DNA of 64,000 nt from Perna viridis (Eukaryota): positions 39,308,001 to 39,372,000 of the forward strand of contig CM074514.1 in assembly GCA_037379345.1 (NCBI GenBank). The letters are read 5' to 3'. This document shows, one piece after another, positions 1 to 30,178 of this stretch (positions are counted from its first letter, which is position 1; each line of letters begins with the position of its first letter). The position numbers were made by a program, and so were the translations under genes. The notes under the pieces were generated by a model, which was not told where the DNA came from, made no database searches, and saw nothing but the letters and a program-made list of their open reading frames with translations.

Positions 1-1119
1 TGTCCTAACTTGTATTTTAATTCCGACTGGTGGCAAGTTTTTTTCAGTAAATTGAAGTTTGAATTATGTGAAATTCAGTTTTGGCTTCATAGAACTGGCT
101 GAATAATTAACAATTATTTTGACTGAGAACTTTTCATTTACCATTAGCAAGACATAAATGTAGAAAAAGTTATTGCAGCTGAGCAATTGGAGGAAAAAAA
201 TTGAGAAAAATTGATATTCTGTAACACAAAATTAACAGATCTGCCAGTCTATATTTCATTGCAGTTACTGCTGTTATGTGAGGTTAAGTCCTCATTTTAT
301 CTGTATTATGTGACTAGAACATCATTTGATATTTAAAATACTAAAATTAAATGCAATAAATTATTCAAATGAAAAGTATTGCAAAAATATTATATGAAGG
401 ATTAACTGTTTTGTTATACATGTTACAGAAAAATAAGGATTGTTTTAGTCCTAATTAATGACATTTCTGTGAAACCTGATTCATTGTTTTTGAAACGCAG
501 GAATCAACAGAAGCTAATCTGACCATAGTAACTTTCTCAACTTTAAGGAGTCGCTTAAAATTCATTAGTCAATCGAACCATTTAATACGATGATTGAATT
601 TCAAACTTCCGACCTCATTCTAAGAAACATTTATGCATCAATGTAGAATTGATTGAGTTCTTTATAAGGAGTGTTAGCTGGTAGGACATTAGTTTCAAAC
701 ATTGTAACAGATGCACCAGTTCATATTGATTCTGTTGTACAGATTTATAAACTATATGGCCTGTCTTACAAAATGATTTGATGACTTTGTCAAAACTTCA
801 TTGAACACATCTTTTTAAGGTTAATTTAAATAAATATACCATATTGACTTTTGATTAATGATATCACATGGTTTGTGAAACATACAATGGAAGTAAAGAG
901 TTATCATACTGCTAATAACCTTCAACTTAAAAATGATTTAATCTTGCCCTTTTTTTTCCCTGATATGAAAATAAGTTAGATATCTGCTTATTTATGTGAC
1001 AATTAGTTGGATATCTATTTTCACTGAAGCTTAACCATGAGATCAAAAGGGTGGGTCAAACTTTTCACAGATGCTTATTTTCATGAAATTTGTCAAATGA
1101 ACATATTTGTTGATATTAA

Positions 1120-1506
1120 ATACTTCTCCATCTAAGAATCAGGCAGAATGTATATTTATGTGGCACATGAAGGAAAAAAAATGCAGATATTTTATTGCAA
1201 TAGCCAATTAATTATACCTGATAACCACCAGAAATAACCATCAAAGTGTAAAATTTGCCTTTTTAAGATATTGATAGGTCAAATTTACCGTAGTTGAAAT
1301 ACACTACAGAAAAATTGTGGGAAAATTTTCCTGTAATCTTTCCCAATATAAACAGTAAAAAAATATCTACATCATAGATGCTTCAGGATAAACTTAAATA
1401 GCTTTTTGGTTGTTTTCTAGACCTACTGAATATATTTTAGGCAAAAATGACTAAATTTGTGATAATGATGTTCCACCCATTGCCTGATTCTTACACAGAA
1501 TGGTAC
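1120..1506. mobile_element. TTAA-flanked MITE family C (~380 bp)
   Basis: Subterminal inverted TAAGAATCAGGCA / TGCCTGATTCTTA, TTAA flanks; three copies. Confidence 0.85.
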
Positions 1507-1521
1507 TTAAATCTTGATATA

Positions 1522-1787
1522 TAGTGAAACCTCCATTAACTGAACCTCCTTTGGATTTTAAGTTGGTTTTGTTAAGACAGGTATTCAGTTTCAGTGTTCA
1601 AAACTACATTTATTTCATCAAAGACCTACAGCAAATTTTCAGAAAACTTTCTGTTGAATTCATACAAAATTATTGGAATTAAGTGTAGACCTGCAGAATT
1701 TTTCAAATGTCTGGTTTTGAACTATTAGGGGTTCAGTTCACACAGGTTTTCTAACTTTTCAGGGTTCACTGTAGACAGATTTCACTG
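1522..1787. mobile_element. Tc1/mariner-type MITE family E
   Basis: (C/T)AGTGAAACC...TTTCACTG|TA termini with internal GGTTTAGACAGG-like repeats; related copies near 8092-8246, 23582-23765, 26048-26218, 56014-56291 and 57847-58013. Confidence 0.7.
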
Positions 1788-4700
1788 TATGTAACAATAA
1801 ATAGCCTTACGTTTTTCACTGCAAAAAAAATGCTACAATTTATCGTCTTTTTTGGCATAAGTTGTGGCTCATGTTTGAGTTTTTGTTTATTATATTGTCC
1901 TTCCAACAGGTTTAAGTACGGAATCTCCTTTCATTTTTTAGCAATCTATTTCCTTTTGAGTGTTTCCATTACTGTGTTTATACTTATATTTTGTAATGGT
2001 TTCAAAATGCATGATGCATGTATGTGCATATTAAAAAGTAAAGTAGCGAGGTCATATTATATCAAACTTTCTTCCTGATACTTGAGAGTTATTACTAATT
2101 CTTAATTCGTAAATTGTTTGACGTGCCTTTCCTGCTTTCCTGTCTTGAGTTTCAATTACGAGTGACAATAAAGTGTCAAAGTTTTTTTCCTCTGCATATC
2201 ATACATTCTGATCACTTGTGGGTTATCTCCCTGTATTGATTTTTTTTTTCAAGCAGGTAAATGTTAAATTAGATGAAAAGTTTGTTGAAATTTCTTAATT
2301 TTTGCCAGTTTAGATAGGCTACTGAAATAATAATACAACTTTTCAATCATCTACTCTGAAAAAAAAGTATAATTAGGCCATTAAGGTTTCAGACTTCCAA
2401 GAATAAGGATCTTATTCCCTTCCCTATATTTAAAGTTTCAGTATTATCCTATAATAATATATCAGTCTTGTAATAATCCATGTAAAGCAATTTACTTAAA
2501 CAGCATCTGTTATTGGTAATACTGTCATCAGCGGAGAGAAATTTTTTTTATAGTAACAACATGATACTTCAACTGTAACAAAATCAATGCCTAGAATTAC
2601 AATAAAAGGGTGATATTTTGTGTTTTCTCGTTTATTGATTTTTGAGTTCTTTTCTCTGTCTAATGATGGCCATATTATACTGACAATGCTGTTTAATCAA
2701 AATGTCTAAGCTTAAACTTCTTTCTGCTGTTTCTCCCAACCATTGGGAGTGAGTGCATCCTAAATGGATGTATAAATGTCATCAATGGGGTTATGTAGGT
2801 TGGTGCTGTAATTATCTAGAAATTTGATAAGAATTGTGTCACAGACAGTTTAGGAAGATGTAATTGAGGAAAAATAGGTTTTGGGAATATATTGGTTTTT
2901 GTCATTTTCTGTTGAGAAATTAATTGCTGACAGGGCTAGAATCTCCATTCCGGTGATATTTATCCGTATTAGTCTGTGTAGATTGGTTTTCATTAGCCTG
3001 TTGGGATTTTTAGTTACTAATGGTATTGTATTATACATGGCAAGGAATTGTCTGATCATAAGCTGATTTACTGTATTTCAAAAACAACAAGCCTAAGAGG
3101 TGATGTTTGATGTGCAGGATAAGTTTATCTGGTTTGGCATAATTGGTTAGGGGTTATAGTTACCAATTGATAACTATGAAACTTAGAAGGGAGTGCTGGA
3201 TATATTGAAATTCATTATGAAAAGAAAATCAAAAAGGGTGGTATTTGATATGCAGGATAAGTCTATTGTAGTTGAGTTTTCAATATGCCTGTATTAGAGA
3301 CACATGTAGGCTGAATACTGATTGATGCATAGGACAAGAAACCCTTGAATGGTGTTGTTTGATGAGCAGAATAACTACTGGCCTTGTTTTGGTTTGAACT
3401 GTTAGTGGAAGTTTATAATATTATTGTCAATTTCCTCAAGGAAATGATTTGGATGTATTTTTAACATTTTTTATGTATTTAAATAATTACCAAAAGATTA
3501 GAATTTAGGACTAAATAAAATTTGCTCTGGTATTGTGCCAACATAACTTGAAAGTATTTTGTTGCAAAAATAATATTACTAAATATGAAACGTCTGGATG
3601 ATTTTCCGTGTCATTCTAGACATCATCTTTATGCGAGTTAATTTGTAAAACTTGGTTATAAAAGTTGTCATTTTGTTGATTTTTTACACTCAGGTATACA
3701 AATGTATGTAAAATGCCAAGAGGCAAGTCACCGATAAGTTATGTCAAAACAAAGTCTGTTTTGTTGGATCATTGTATGTTCCAAACTTCGTGTTGTTTAA
3801 GAAAATATTTAAAATCATACATGTATACATGTTAAGGTTACTATCCTGAAGTTCATCCAAATTTTTTTTTTCTAATTGAAAGAATGAAAATAGTTTTGAG
3901 CTGAATCCAAATTCTATTTATAAATTAAGACTGTTATGAATTGTGTGAGTAAAGATTACAAGTCAATTTCCTAGCGATTAGATACCTTTCTGTGTAACTT
4001 TTATTTCTTGTTATTGAATAAAAATAAATGCTGAAATTTACCGGATGTAAATTATGACTAGTTAAATTTTAAGGGTATTTAAATTAAATGTTTTTATAAT
4101 CGCCAATCAACTTCAAGTATTAGGGGGAAGTTTAATGAGAGACTCTTATCGTAAGTGAAGCTCTAGTGCTTTTTTCAAGATATTCGGTCTCCAATTGAAA
4201 TAGTAATTTTCAATTGTCAAATTTTCAGTCATGTGTCATTCCTAACTCAAAATTTTAAAATAATATTTCACATTTTATATTCAGTTTTAACTGTAAGGTG
4301 ACGTAATGTCGAGAACTGTTGTCATTGTTGACAAAGTATTTGGAAACATTGCAGTTTTGAGAAAAAGGTGACTATTTTATGCATTTATTTTTTTTAAAAG
4401 TTGGTGGCAAAATCAGTTACATCTGTCCATTGTTCAGTGTTATTTCTTATACCAAACAAATCTTTGTTTGGCTTGCCCCACCCCCTAATCCTTAACATCT
4501 TGAGTGTATTACAGTTTTATGTTTTATCTTATTTTCAGGCTTATTTGGAAGCAATTGATTCTGAAATAAAAAAGGATGATAATTCACCAACATTTCTGGT
4601 TTTTTTTTTAAATGGAAATTGCTGAGAAAATGGATATTTTTTTTTCAATTTAACAATCAATTCTAGACCTTTCCTTACTATAAGGTGAGCGAGAATCAGA

Positions 4701-5280
4701 AAAATAGACTTGTGTGGCCTTAAAGTGATACTGTATATATACATGTATGATATGGTATGTATTAGGGTTAAGTAGACAGTCTTGTATGTCCTTGCCCTTA
4801 ATTTAGGAACTTGAAATTTGACATTGATAAGACATCATTTAAGACGCCTCCCAGCACTTAGCCTTGAAATTGCTAAACAATGTTAAATTTGACATGTTGG
4901 TCATACATTGCTTTCTGGCTTGTATTTTAACTTTTCATTGTAAAATATCAGATTAAGGTCTTTTGAATCCCCAGATGTCAATTTTTTTTTTATTTCTTTT
5001 AACTGTAGTGTAACTTACCAGAATTTTCAGACAATATTATATAATGTTTGAATAATTTAAGTGATGGTATTCCCTCTTCTCTTGAGTGAGTTTTTTGTGG
5101 CTAAGGGGTGTACTTGAGTGAGTTTTGTTCCATTTTTCCATTTTTTGAAAGTTACACAAGTTTTTTTGTATTGGGAGGATAACCTCCAATTACTCAGGTA
5201 CTCATTGTTGTAGTACTTGAGGCTAGGAGGTGATACTCAAGGCTATATTAATAAATGAGTAACTTGTAGATCACCTGCAT

Positions 5281-5540
5281 CATGGGTGGATTCAGGCGGG
5301 GATGTGGCATGCGTGCCCCCCTCCTAAAATTTGCAAAGCATGGGTTGTTAGGGGTAGATTTAAGCGGTTTTAGGTTGAAACTTTAATTTCTCTGTAACTT
5401 TACCACACAATATCGCTAATTTTATCACAGAAGATATCAACATAGCACCCACTCTAGAAAAATATTTCAAAAATTTATCCTAAAATAAATTTTAACTGTG
5501 CCCCCCCCCCCCCCAATCTAAAATCCTGGATCCACCCCTG
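5281..5540. mobile_element. PIF/Harbinger-like MITE (GGGGYGGATCC-type TIR)
   Basis: catgggtggattcagg ... cctggatccacccctg; related ends at 37176-37300. Confidence 0.65.
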
Positions 5541-7858
5541 ACCTACATGTATACATAGACATGTACCAGTACTTGCTCAAATGTTAAGATGTCTGTTAAA
5601 TGATGGTGTTAACTCTGTGTTATTTAAGTTCTATGTATTCCAGCTCATTGTCTGACCTCTGACCTTACTCATAATTTGTTTGACAAGTTAATATGTATGT
5701 AATAGAAATAGGTCATAGTGCCAAAAATATATACTGTTGGAATTTTGTTATTGTTCTGTCATAGGCTGACTAAGCTTTGGTTTCTAGTTGTCTTAGATTT
5801 GGAAATACGGTCTTTCCTTTTGGTGCATTTGAAATGAAATATGTGTTGAAACTTGCTAAATTTTACATCCTCCATAGAGATACTATTTTTGGCAGATGTT
5901 AAGTTTATTCAGGGTCTTGTTAAGACAAATTTCATTGCAAAAGTTTGAATTTCGATGCTAGATTTCAGAGTTAAAAGTGGAATGTAATTCTTCATATGGG
6001 TCTGAAAGTTAGTGGCATAATGTATTCATCTATGTATTGAAATTTTTGAGTCCTGTCCTATAGAGGATGTTTCAAATTTGGGCTTAAGACTTTTCCAGTT
6101 ACAATTGGCAGGTCACACAGCAAAGAGCAAGGGACATTTTCACACAAGAAATTGGTTTTTTTTTAATGGATTTAAAGTATTAATTAGGTTTCTAAAGCCT
6201 AACAATGCTCTTACTATCTACATAAAGAAAATTGGCTTTGATTATGATCTTTTAGGAAGGCCTACAACATTTTAGGCAAAATTTTTGCTATATGAATATG
6301 TTTATTTTGGTACCATTTTTTTTTTCAGTAGGACTATAATTCCGAAACAATTCCAGATTTCTCATATTTGAATAGTGTCTATTTACGTGTACTGGTACAT
6401 TTGATGTTAAAATTGTGTTGGTGTTTAGAGATTGTTTGTCATGTACATGTAGTGCAAAGTTATCTTAATTCTTAGTCATGAGTATATCGGCACTTGTCAT
6501 TTTGATACATTTGTATAAAAGTTGTTATTGTGTAATCTCAATAACCCCCATTTAAAAATAAAATTTTTGTGCACATTTCCTTGCATCAAGTGGCACAACA
6601 AATCTATTAGAAACCTCAGACTTAACGTGGCTGTTAGTTACGATCGGATATAAACAGTTGTAGTAATTTCAAGTGCTACTTCAAACTTTGTAAATATCTA
6701 TCTTTAATACGACAAGTATATACGATTATTTGTTATGCACTGTGATTTTGGCTTCAATTAACTCGATTACTTGGTTAATGAGCTGCATTTTTTCTTACAT
6801 TTGTTCTTTGTTTCTGAGACTGAAAAACTCGTTTTTTTTTAAAAGTAGGTCACTGTCACCTGAGCCTCTATATGTAGTTTATGCATTTTACTCTTTAGAT
6901 ATTATCTCATTAGGAGATTATGATCATTCAAAAATGTACTTTAAGTACTCGATCAAAATTTATTCTCAGAAACTTTACAGGAAGTCTATATAACTGTATA
7001 CAACCAGTTGCTTACACAATACTTCTTAATATGTTGCCTCGAAAGAGAGAATTACAATATTTACTATTAAAATCAAAAACACTTCTCAGAAACTTGATAG
7101 GAAGTGTTCACACCTAGTTGCATATTGACAGTGCATTATGCATGTTCCTTTTTTTTTGCAATTTTCGCTTTTGGTATTTAGACACTCACCTGCTGACCTA
7201 CTTTTGTTTTTAAGATGGTTCCAAAAATTTGTCTGAAGTCTCAGATGGGCATTCTGACTAAATACATGTGCATACTTGGTTATGCAATGTATTAAAGTCC
7301 TGTTTTTGAAATAATATGGCTATACCAAATTTAGACACTGGCACTTTTTCCTACACCCCTTTTTTCCACTATTTGCTTCACTTCTAACAAAACATGCAAT
7401 ATCTGGTTCAATGAAGTATAACTATTCTGCTTGGTATTATATTTGGACATAATACACGTACAAGTTCAATTATGAAATTATAAGTACTTTACGTTAATTA
7501 AAGGATGTTTGTTGTGCAGCCAATATTAAAAATAACAATTTGGTAGGCAGAGTTTCCTGTGAAGAGTCAGTCGATTATGTGCTGTCTATATTTCATATGT
7601 ATGACTCAGTATCGTCTTAAAATTACTTGCAAATATTCTTTATCTACTTGCTAATTATAACTACCAGTTTTGTTGATAATTGTATGCAGCGATGTGCAGC
7701 TTATGCAAAATAATAGTGCAGTAAAATTTCTTATCTAAATGTCCTAATGACCTTTTTCTCGGTACAAGTGTAAACAACAGATTTTGGAAAGTAATGTGTG
7801 CAGATAAAAGTTACTAGTATTGAATATTTTGTTTTACACAGGGTTAGTTTCTTGCTTA

Positions 7859-8009
7859 GAGTTGCTCATTTGCTTTTGTTACTTTGTATGTATGATTTTA
7901 GTTACTTTATGTTCTTTGTTGTGTAGGTCTGTTTTCTATGTCTGGTCTTTGTCCCTGGATTACATTTTTTTTTATTACCACTATAACCTTGGTTCCCTTG
8001 ATTACTCTT
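7859..8009 (+). mobile_element. Solo 3' tail fragment of the Penelope-like family
   Basis: gagttgctcatttgc...ggttcccttgattactctt, homologous to 39602-39753. Confidence 0.85.
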
Positions 8010-8684
8010 AGAAGCATCCTTAATATAATGTTGCCCTAACTTAAGATTCTGTTGCCAATTCAAATTGCTACTTTAGATAAAATACATTTAGGAAACCTGT
8101 CAAAACCAAACCCTGAATGAATCAGTAACAGGTCTTGACCAGATATCTTTTGAAGTTTATTGGTATCAATTTTAAATGTATTTCAACCTATCTAAATGCA
8201 ACAAATTATTCATTCCACAAGGGATTCGATATTGTCAGGTCTCACTAATCTTGCCAAATGACGAATGCAAAGTAGTTTCTTTTTTTTTATTTCTTTGAAA
8301 TACATGTTATATGTTTTTCATATAAGAAACTAAAGCAGTCATAAGAGGTTCCCTGAAAGACTTCCCTTAACCCCCCCCTTTTTGGTAATAATAATATAAG
8401 GCAAGAAAGACATGGAGAAGAGTTCATTAAGAATTTTTGAAAGGATATTCATATTAAAACTAGCCTTGAAATCATCAATTATAGTCATTTATTCAACAGT
8501 AATATCTAGTACAATGTTCTTTAGTATACTTTCTGCATTGTGTTCATCTTGGTACATGAAGATCTATATATGGATACAAACCATTTATCTTCTTATTAAG
8601 TGGCCACTTCGGTGTGACAATGGAGTCATCGTTGTCAGTCTTTTGTCTTATTATCTTCCTCAACTTCCTTGCAAATATAAAGCA

Positions 8685-8828
8685 CAGCACCCAAATTTGA
8701 CAGTACCTTTTGTTTTGGCTAGCTGTGGAAACTACCAGAATTTAAATAATTAATGTTACAGCACCCAAGTCTGACAATACCATTTTTTTTTTTTGGACTG
8801 GCTCTGAAAACCCTACCAAATTTTAACA
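8685..8828. repeat. ~73-bp tandem dimer
   Basis: acagcacccaa.t.tgaca.tacc.ttt..ttttgg..ctacca.aatttt occurs twice. Confidence 0.7.
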
Positions 8829-9531
8829 AAAAATGTAATTTAGAATTTTTCTTTTACAAAGCATTAAATTGCTTAGACCAACATTTCCTGCACTTGAATC
8901 ATTTGGTCATATTTTTTTTTAAGGAAAATCTAAGGAATTCAACAATATGTTCTTGAATTGGGGTTAACCATCCCACAGTAGGATCTATCATGAAAATTAT
9001 CAATACCATTGTTGTATACTGTAATCCAGGTAACATCACATAGATTTTCAATTCACCCAAGTTCATTCAGTTAAACAAATAAATTTTATGAATTTTCATA
9101 TCATAATTTTATTCCAACCTTTTTGAAACTTTTCTTGTGGTTAGTAATTTTATGCCCATATGAAGGTAAGTGGGTGTGAAATTAAGAGCTATACTACTCC
9201 CCCTTGATTGTAAATTCTCAATTTGTTCAGTAAATAACAGTTTTAAATAGTCCTCTGATAATAAATCAGTTAAATCTGATTGTTTAATTATCTGTTATCT
9301 AATTAACCCAATTAAATTGATTTTTTACTGAATTAATTAACTAAATGGTTTAGCTGTCATGAAGCTAAGTATTCTGATTACCCAACTTGAAAGACTCTAC
9401 TTTTAAAATGTAAAGTTCCTTTTAAAGGTCATTACTTGATAAGTTTTATGTGTTTATTTCTAAATATCAGGTGAATAGACCTGCAGATTAGTCCATGAAA
9501 TGTTACCTTTCTGACAATAGAAAAGTGGTTT

Positions 9532-9790
9532 GGTCACATGATCACAATATGTTATGCTCCTGAGGGCATTTAAAATCCAGACATGTTTAGTAGAAATTAT
9601 TATTGATTTTTGAGTGTGTTCATTTATTTCATGTGATCTGTCCTTCAACCATGTGAGACAAATGCTGAGGTTTTTATTCTATTTCTATATTTATTTGAGC
9701 TAATGTGATTTTCATCAATTTTGGATTATCCCCTGCAGTACCTCAGTGAACTAAAACAAGGCATTGAGCTGTTTGGTTGATCATGTGACC
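9532..9790 (+). promoter_or_regulatory. E-box/M-box cluster upstream of candidate ZMIZ first exon
   Basis: GGTCACATGATC 9532, TCATGTGA 9629, CCATGTGA 9649, GATCATGTGACC 9779. Confidence 0.35.
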
Positions 9791-9914
9791 AGGCAAGGAT
9801 GAACTAAGATTATTTCTAGATAAATACACTGTGGGGTTTAATCAATCGGTTTTGCTGTGTGTGTGTAAATAGTTATTGTTCACAATGGAAAGATAGTGAG
9901 ACAATTTGGATTAA

Positions 9915-9982
9915 ATGATGGCTAATACAGAATGGCAATCTCAAGTAGCAGCGGAACTTCAAATTGCAATACAGACTGAAAG
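9915..9982 (+). CDS. ZMIZ1: Candidate alternative first coding exon of ZMIZ (MMANTEWQSQVAAELQIAIQTE-)
   Basis: ATGATG start, 22 codons plus 2 nt, donor AG|GTGTGC at 9983. Phase 2 matches the acceptor at 13183. No homology support. Confidence 0.55.
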
Positions 9983-12900
9983 GTGTGCTTTTGATATCTT
10001 ACATGTAAATTTGTTATACATATAGGTAATAGAATTAATTTGTAGGTCAAACATTCTTACACTTGTAATGATAAGCCATTTTATTACATACATGTATATA
10101 CATTAGATATTTTTGTAAATTTTTGCGTGGGTTTATGAAATAATTGTATTCATTGATTTCGCCTTGTGTAACAATTAGATTAGTCTATACAGTGTCGTGG
10201 GGATTGACTTTATAATGACAAATTTATTCCTTTCCGAGAGTAAATAATGATCGTTTAATAATTTATATTTGTATTTCTTTTTTTTTTTTTGCTTGTTTCG
10301 ATGGCTCTATTGATAATGATATGAAATCTGATGAAATAATATTAGTGAACAACTGCTTTCTAAATTTTTATTTTTGCACGTACATGTATTGTCTTATTCT
10401 CCTAAAGGTTTCTAAAGTCAAAGACAATCTACGCTAGATTATTTTTCGATTGATTGTTCTGCTTCTATTTTTTTCTTGGTGAAGCATATGTTGAAATATT
10501 TCCAGCTTCAAGCAAGACTAAGTATCTAAAAATGGCTTTATTTTGTTTAATTGTTATTTTATCCACATACTTTTAAAGGTATGTATTTATTTCCCCAATA
10601 ATTTTGTTGGAAATGATTCAGGAAGGCAACCCACTAAGTAGATACTGGTATATAAAGGGAATTTTTTTGTCCAAGTAGGCTGTAGACATTTAAGTACTCA
10701 TATTGGTAGACAAGGTCACTCAAAAAATATTTTGCAATAAGGCAGAAAACATATTGAGTTCAATTTACACTTGTAAATCTGACCTGAAAGTATAAACACA
10801 TTATAATTAGAGATTTAAGACGGTTTTAATCCCTATTTTTTGGTCTTTTGTATAGATATGTTTTTTTTCATATATAGTTTATTGAAATAATTAGAAGTCC
10901 ACCATGTTTTCTTGAAACGGGATTATCAGTGGATTAGAAAGAGGCCTTGATTTCACTTTACTGTAGTCAGAAGTCATGTTATAAACAGATTTATATGTAT
11001 ATCAATTACTTAAGAATGTAAGTGGTATACAGGTCTAAAGCAATATTGGATTAACCTAATGTGTAGTATTTGACACCATTAGTTTTCTCACATCTTCTCT
11101 AACCAAGAGCTATGGTCCTCCCCTCTTTTCCCTTCACTTTGGAAAAGATTCACTTAAATTCTTAGGTTCTATTCTTTCTCTGATCGGTAAAAACTGGTTT
11201 CATGAAATTCTTGGAACCAAAATATGATACACTCTCCGTTTTAAGGTTCCAAGGAATGCTTATATATAGGCTGAGTTTAGAAGCAATAGAATGAGGTTTT
11301 TACAGATACGTACCTAGAAGAAAATACTGCCACTTGTACATGTATCTTCAACTACATGTATTAGGTGATAAATGCTTTCGTGTGCTCTTAAACTCACTTT
11401 CAAGAAGCCCAAAGTTCAACCTTTGACAAGGACCCTTGGCAAAAAAGAAAGGTCTAAGTTCATCTTGTATTTCATTTTCTTATAGGTATAATGCATTCAT
11501 TTGATGATATCATAATTACATAAAATGTTATGATTTGAGATCTTAAGATATAAATTTACAAACATCTTAATGGGCTATAACTGTTAGTTTGTTTTATTTG
11601 TACACGTTTTTTAACCTTGGATATGCTGCAAGGTATTTGTAATTAATGTTGAACGACTTGTGTGGTATTTATTATGCAGACAAATCCTGAATTTTAAGTT
11701 ATTTTTTTAAGGGAAAAAAAACTTCTTTCATTCATAAAGTGCAAGCATGCAGACATCTGAGATAATGCTTTAACTTTATGAATAACATTGTGCACTTTAT
11801 TCTAAAAGTTCATTTTTGAACTCTTTTTATAAGATCGGAACGGTGATTATACTGTCAGACTATAGTAAAGGAAGTCTCATTATGGAACTAATGGTAGCGC
11901 TAATGTAAGAATTCTGAGGAATATAAAATCTGGGTTTTTGGGGTTTTTTGGGGTTTTTTTTCACTGTTTGTGGTGAATATTGCTACTTGAAATGTCCATG
12001 CATTTTGACCTTTTAAACAGTGTTGTTTCTGAAGGTTTTTATGTCATCAAAATTGATCAATGTAAACAAACCCTTTTAGCTTTCACCTGAAGCCTAGCAT
12101 ATAATGTATCAAAACAATTTTGCCAAGAAACCAACATTCTTTAAATTACTTAAGATATTTACAAGATGTTCAAATACAGAAAAGTTCATAGGTCGATTTT
12201 CGTTCTTAAAGACACGATCCACTAATTACAACTTGATTTATGTATAACTGTTCATAGTTGTCAATCATTGAGCATTCTATGAAGGTGTTATGTGTCACTC
12301 TAAACACATGATTTGTAAAGGTGACTTTTCATTAGCGTAGGTAGATTTTTTTTTTAATTTACTTCCTCATTCGACTTTTTGTTTCTCATGAAGAACTAAC
12401 TAATTCAATGGAAAAACTAAAGTTTATAAATATATGTAAATTGGGGGCTAGTTTCCTCTTGTGTCATGAAGTTGTTTTTAGTCATAAAAGGAGTATCTTG
12501 TAGGTCAAAGTCTCATGCATTTTTGCAACAAAAATCAGCAGAATACTGCTAGATATTGCTTCCCTATTTGTTTGTGTGGATCCTACCCTATTAAGATTTT
12601 TCTTTTCCAGAAAAATGTTTTAAAAATTTACCTTCATAGTTTTGCCTTTTTTTCAATAGACATTTTTGTTTCCTTTGTAACCTTTAAAAAATCAAGAATC
12701 ATGATATGTGACTATTCATTTTTACCTGATTTGGAACTTGTGAGTTTGTTGCTCTCGGTAATTATTATAAGGTCACTGGTGATAATTACCCCATCAAAGT
12801 ATAACTAGAGTGAATTCAGGATTTTTAGATGTTGTTGCCATGAACTTTGACTTTATTGATATAACTGTAAATATTGAATAAAAAATAGAATTGTAACAAA

Positions 12901-13182
12901 TTATTGTGTTAAAGTTTCGACATTTTGAAGAAAAAGCTGTTTTCAAATCAGACCGCTAGACACATTTATTTATTTTTTTTTTATTTGTTACTTTTTGTAC
13001 AAAATTATAAGAGGTGACACAAATACTCATCCCCTCCCCACATATTATACTTTCACAAAACTAGTACTAGACAAAGCAGAGCCTGTTCAATCAATTTAAT
13101 GTTCTCATCCAGAAATGCATAGAATAACTGTCAGATGATGTTAAATGTCAATCAATCAATCAATCTATCTTTATACTTACAG

Positions 13183-28725
<15,543 letters not shown>

Positions 28726-29814
28726 TTCCAGTGACCATGACACTTTATAGGGCCAGTAAAGGAAGGAAGATTGCTTCCTGTTAAGGAAGACAACTCACTT
28801 CCTGTGAACAGTGCTATTTTCTCCATTACTACTGCAAAAAAGGTGGACTATGAATTGAGTTCATGTTTTAAGCCGCCTGTTGTTGTTAAGGAAATTCATG
28901 TTCATTTGGAAAACTTTAAAGGGTTGTTAAGAGGGTAATATGGAACAAATAAATGCACAGAAAATTCTGGAGGACAGGATTGGCCAGTCATGTGATTTGT
29001 CTGTGTCACATGGTCAACAAAATGGAGGACATTCAGATCTGCTAACAAAGATCAAAATATTCATCAGAATTTCATTCATTTATTTATTTTCTCATACAGT
29101 GACAATGTGACTTGCCCAAAGATTATACAAATATACAGTGTTATATTTAAACTTTTTGCGCAAAATGTGCATTGTATGTACATTTCATAATTAGGTCATC
29201 GACCTTTGAACTTTATTTATTATGATCATGTGACATTTATTCAAAGATGTGATATGTTTTATTATTGTTAACAGTTACATTATGCTGGTCTTGACCAAGA
29301 CATTGAACTATAAAGAAAGGCAGCATTATCAATTTTGCGTGGAAATTCAGACACATGTTTTTGCAAGGACTAAAAGGTTTTTGCATACATTTATCAGGTC
29401 TGCAATACTAGAGTGCATGTATAGTTGCCGATCGTAGAATATTTATCAATTGATGGAATCATATCGTTGTGCAAAAATGTAAACTTGGCATTTGCAATAA
29501 TTGAAATAGTTACCAGTCGTCAAGTCCAATGTTTTCTCTCATTCGACATATGTAAGTGATCAAGGCAGCCAGAAAGATGATCGAATCATAAAATGGTTCA
29601 AATATTGTAAAGTTACCAAAGTAAAGTACTCACAAAGGGTTTATGATGTAAAAAAGGGTACAACATATTAAATGGTTGAAATATTTCAAAATTCATTTTA
29701 TTAAACATTTATTATTAAAAAGATTTTTATGTCTTAAATTTTATATTTCTAAATCAGTCAGAGCAAACATAAGTAAATGAATCTCCTAAAGTGATAAACA
29801 TTCTATAGTGCATA

Positions 29815-30030
29815 CAATGATAATTTCTAGAAGTTGGTCCTCCCTTGATGAAATGACAATCACCTGATGAACTTCCTGAGGTAGTTGTCTGCTCAATTGA
29901 CAAGATGTAAACTCTCTATCGATGTCTATTGAATTGTCTATTGATAGAAGTTAAATCTCCCTCTCAATACCGTGGGAAGATTATTAAATGATTTTTATTT
30001 AATCAATAGATGACCAACTGTATTCCCTGA
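29815..30030. mobile_element. Palindromic family G copy in ZMIZ 3' UTR
   Basis: agttggtcctcccttgatgaaatgacaatcacctgatgaactt ... atcaatagatgaccaactgtattccctgaa. Confidence 0.55.
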
Positions 30031-30178
30031 ACAACATCATTCTCTGCGCTGTAATATTGAAGTGCAATAGAGACACCTTACTTAATGTGATCAATTACTT
30101 CCTATTTATTTCTCAAGTGTTGTATAGATTACTGTTACATCAAATCTTCCTGGTGTGAATAGCAATGCTACTTTTCAA

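Noticed and set aside
7820-8011. Similar hydrophobic peptides in ORFs 7820, 34839 and 39508 suggesting a small membrane-protein family
   Set aside because: All are translations of the T-rich non-coding tail of the Penelope-like element
1-9900. Exons for the ZMIZ1 N-terminal domain; short ORFs at 1830, 2850, 4401, 6078, 6730 and 8412
   Set aside because: No resemblance to the ZMIZ1 N-terminus; Phe/Ile/Leu-rich translations typical of AT-rich intron
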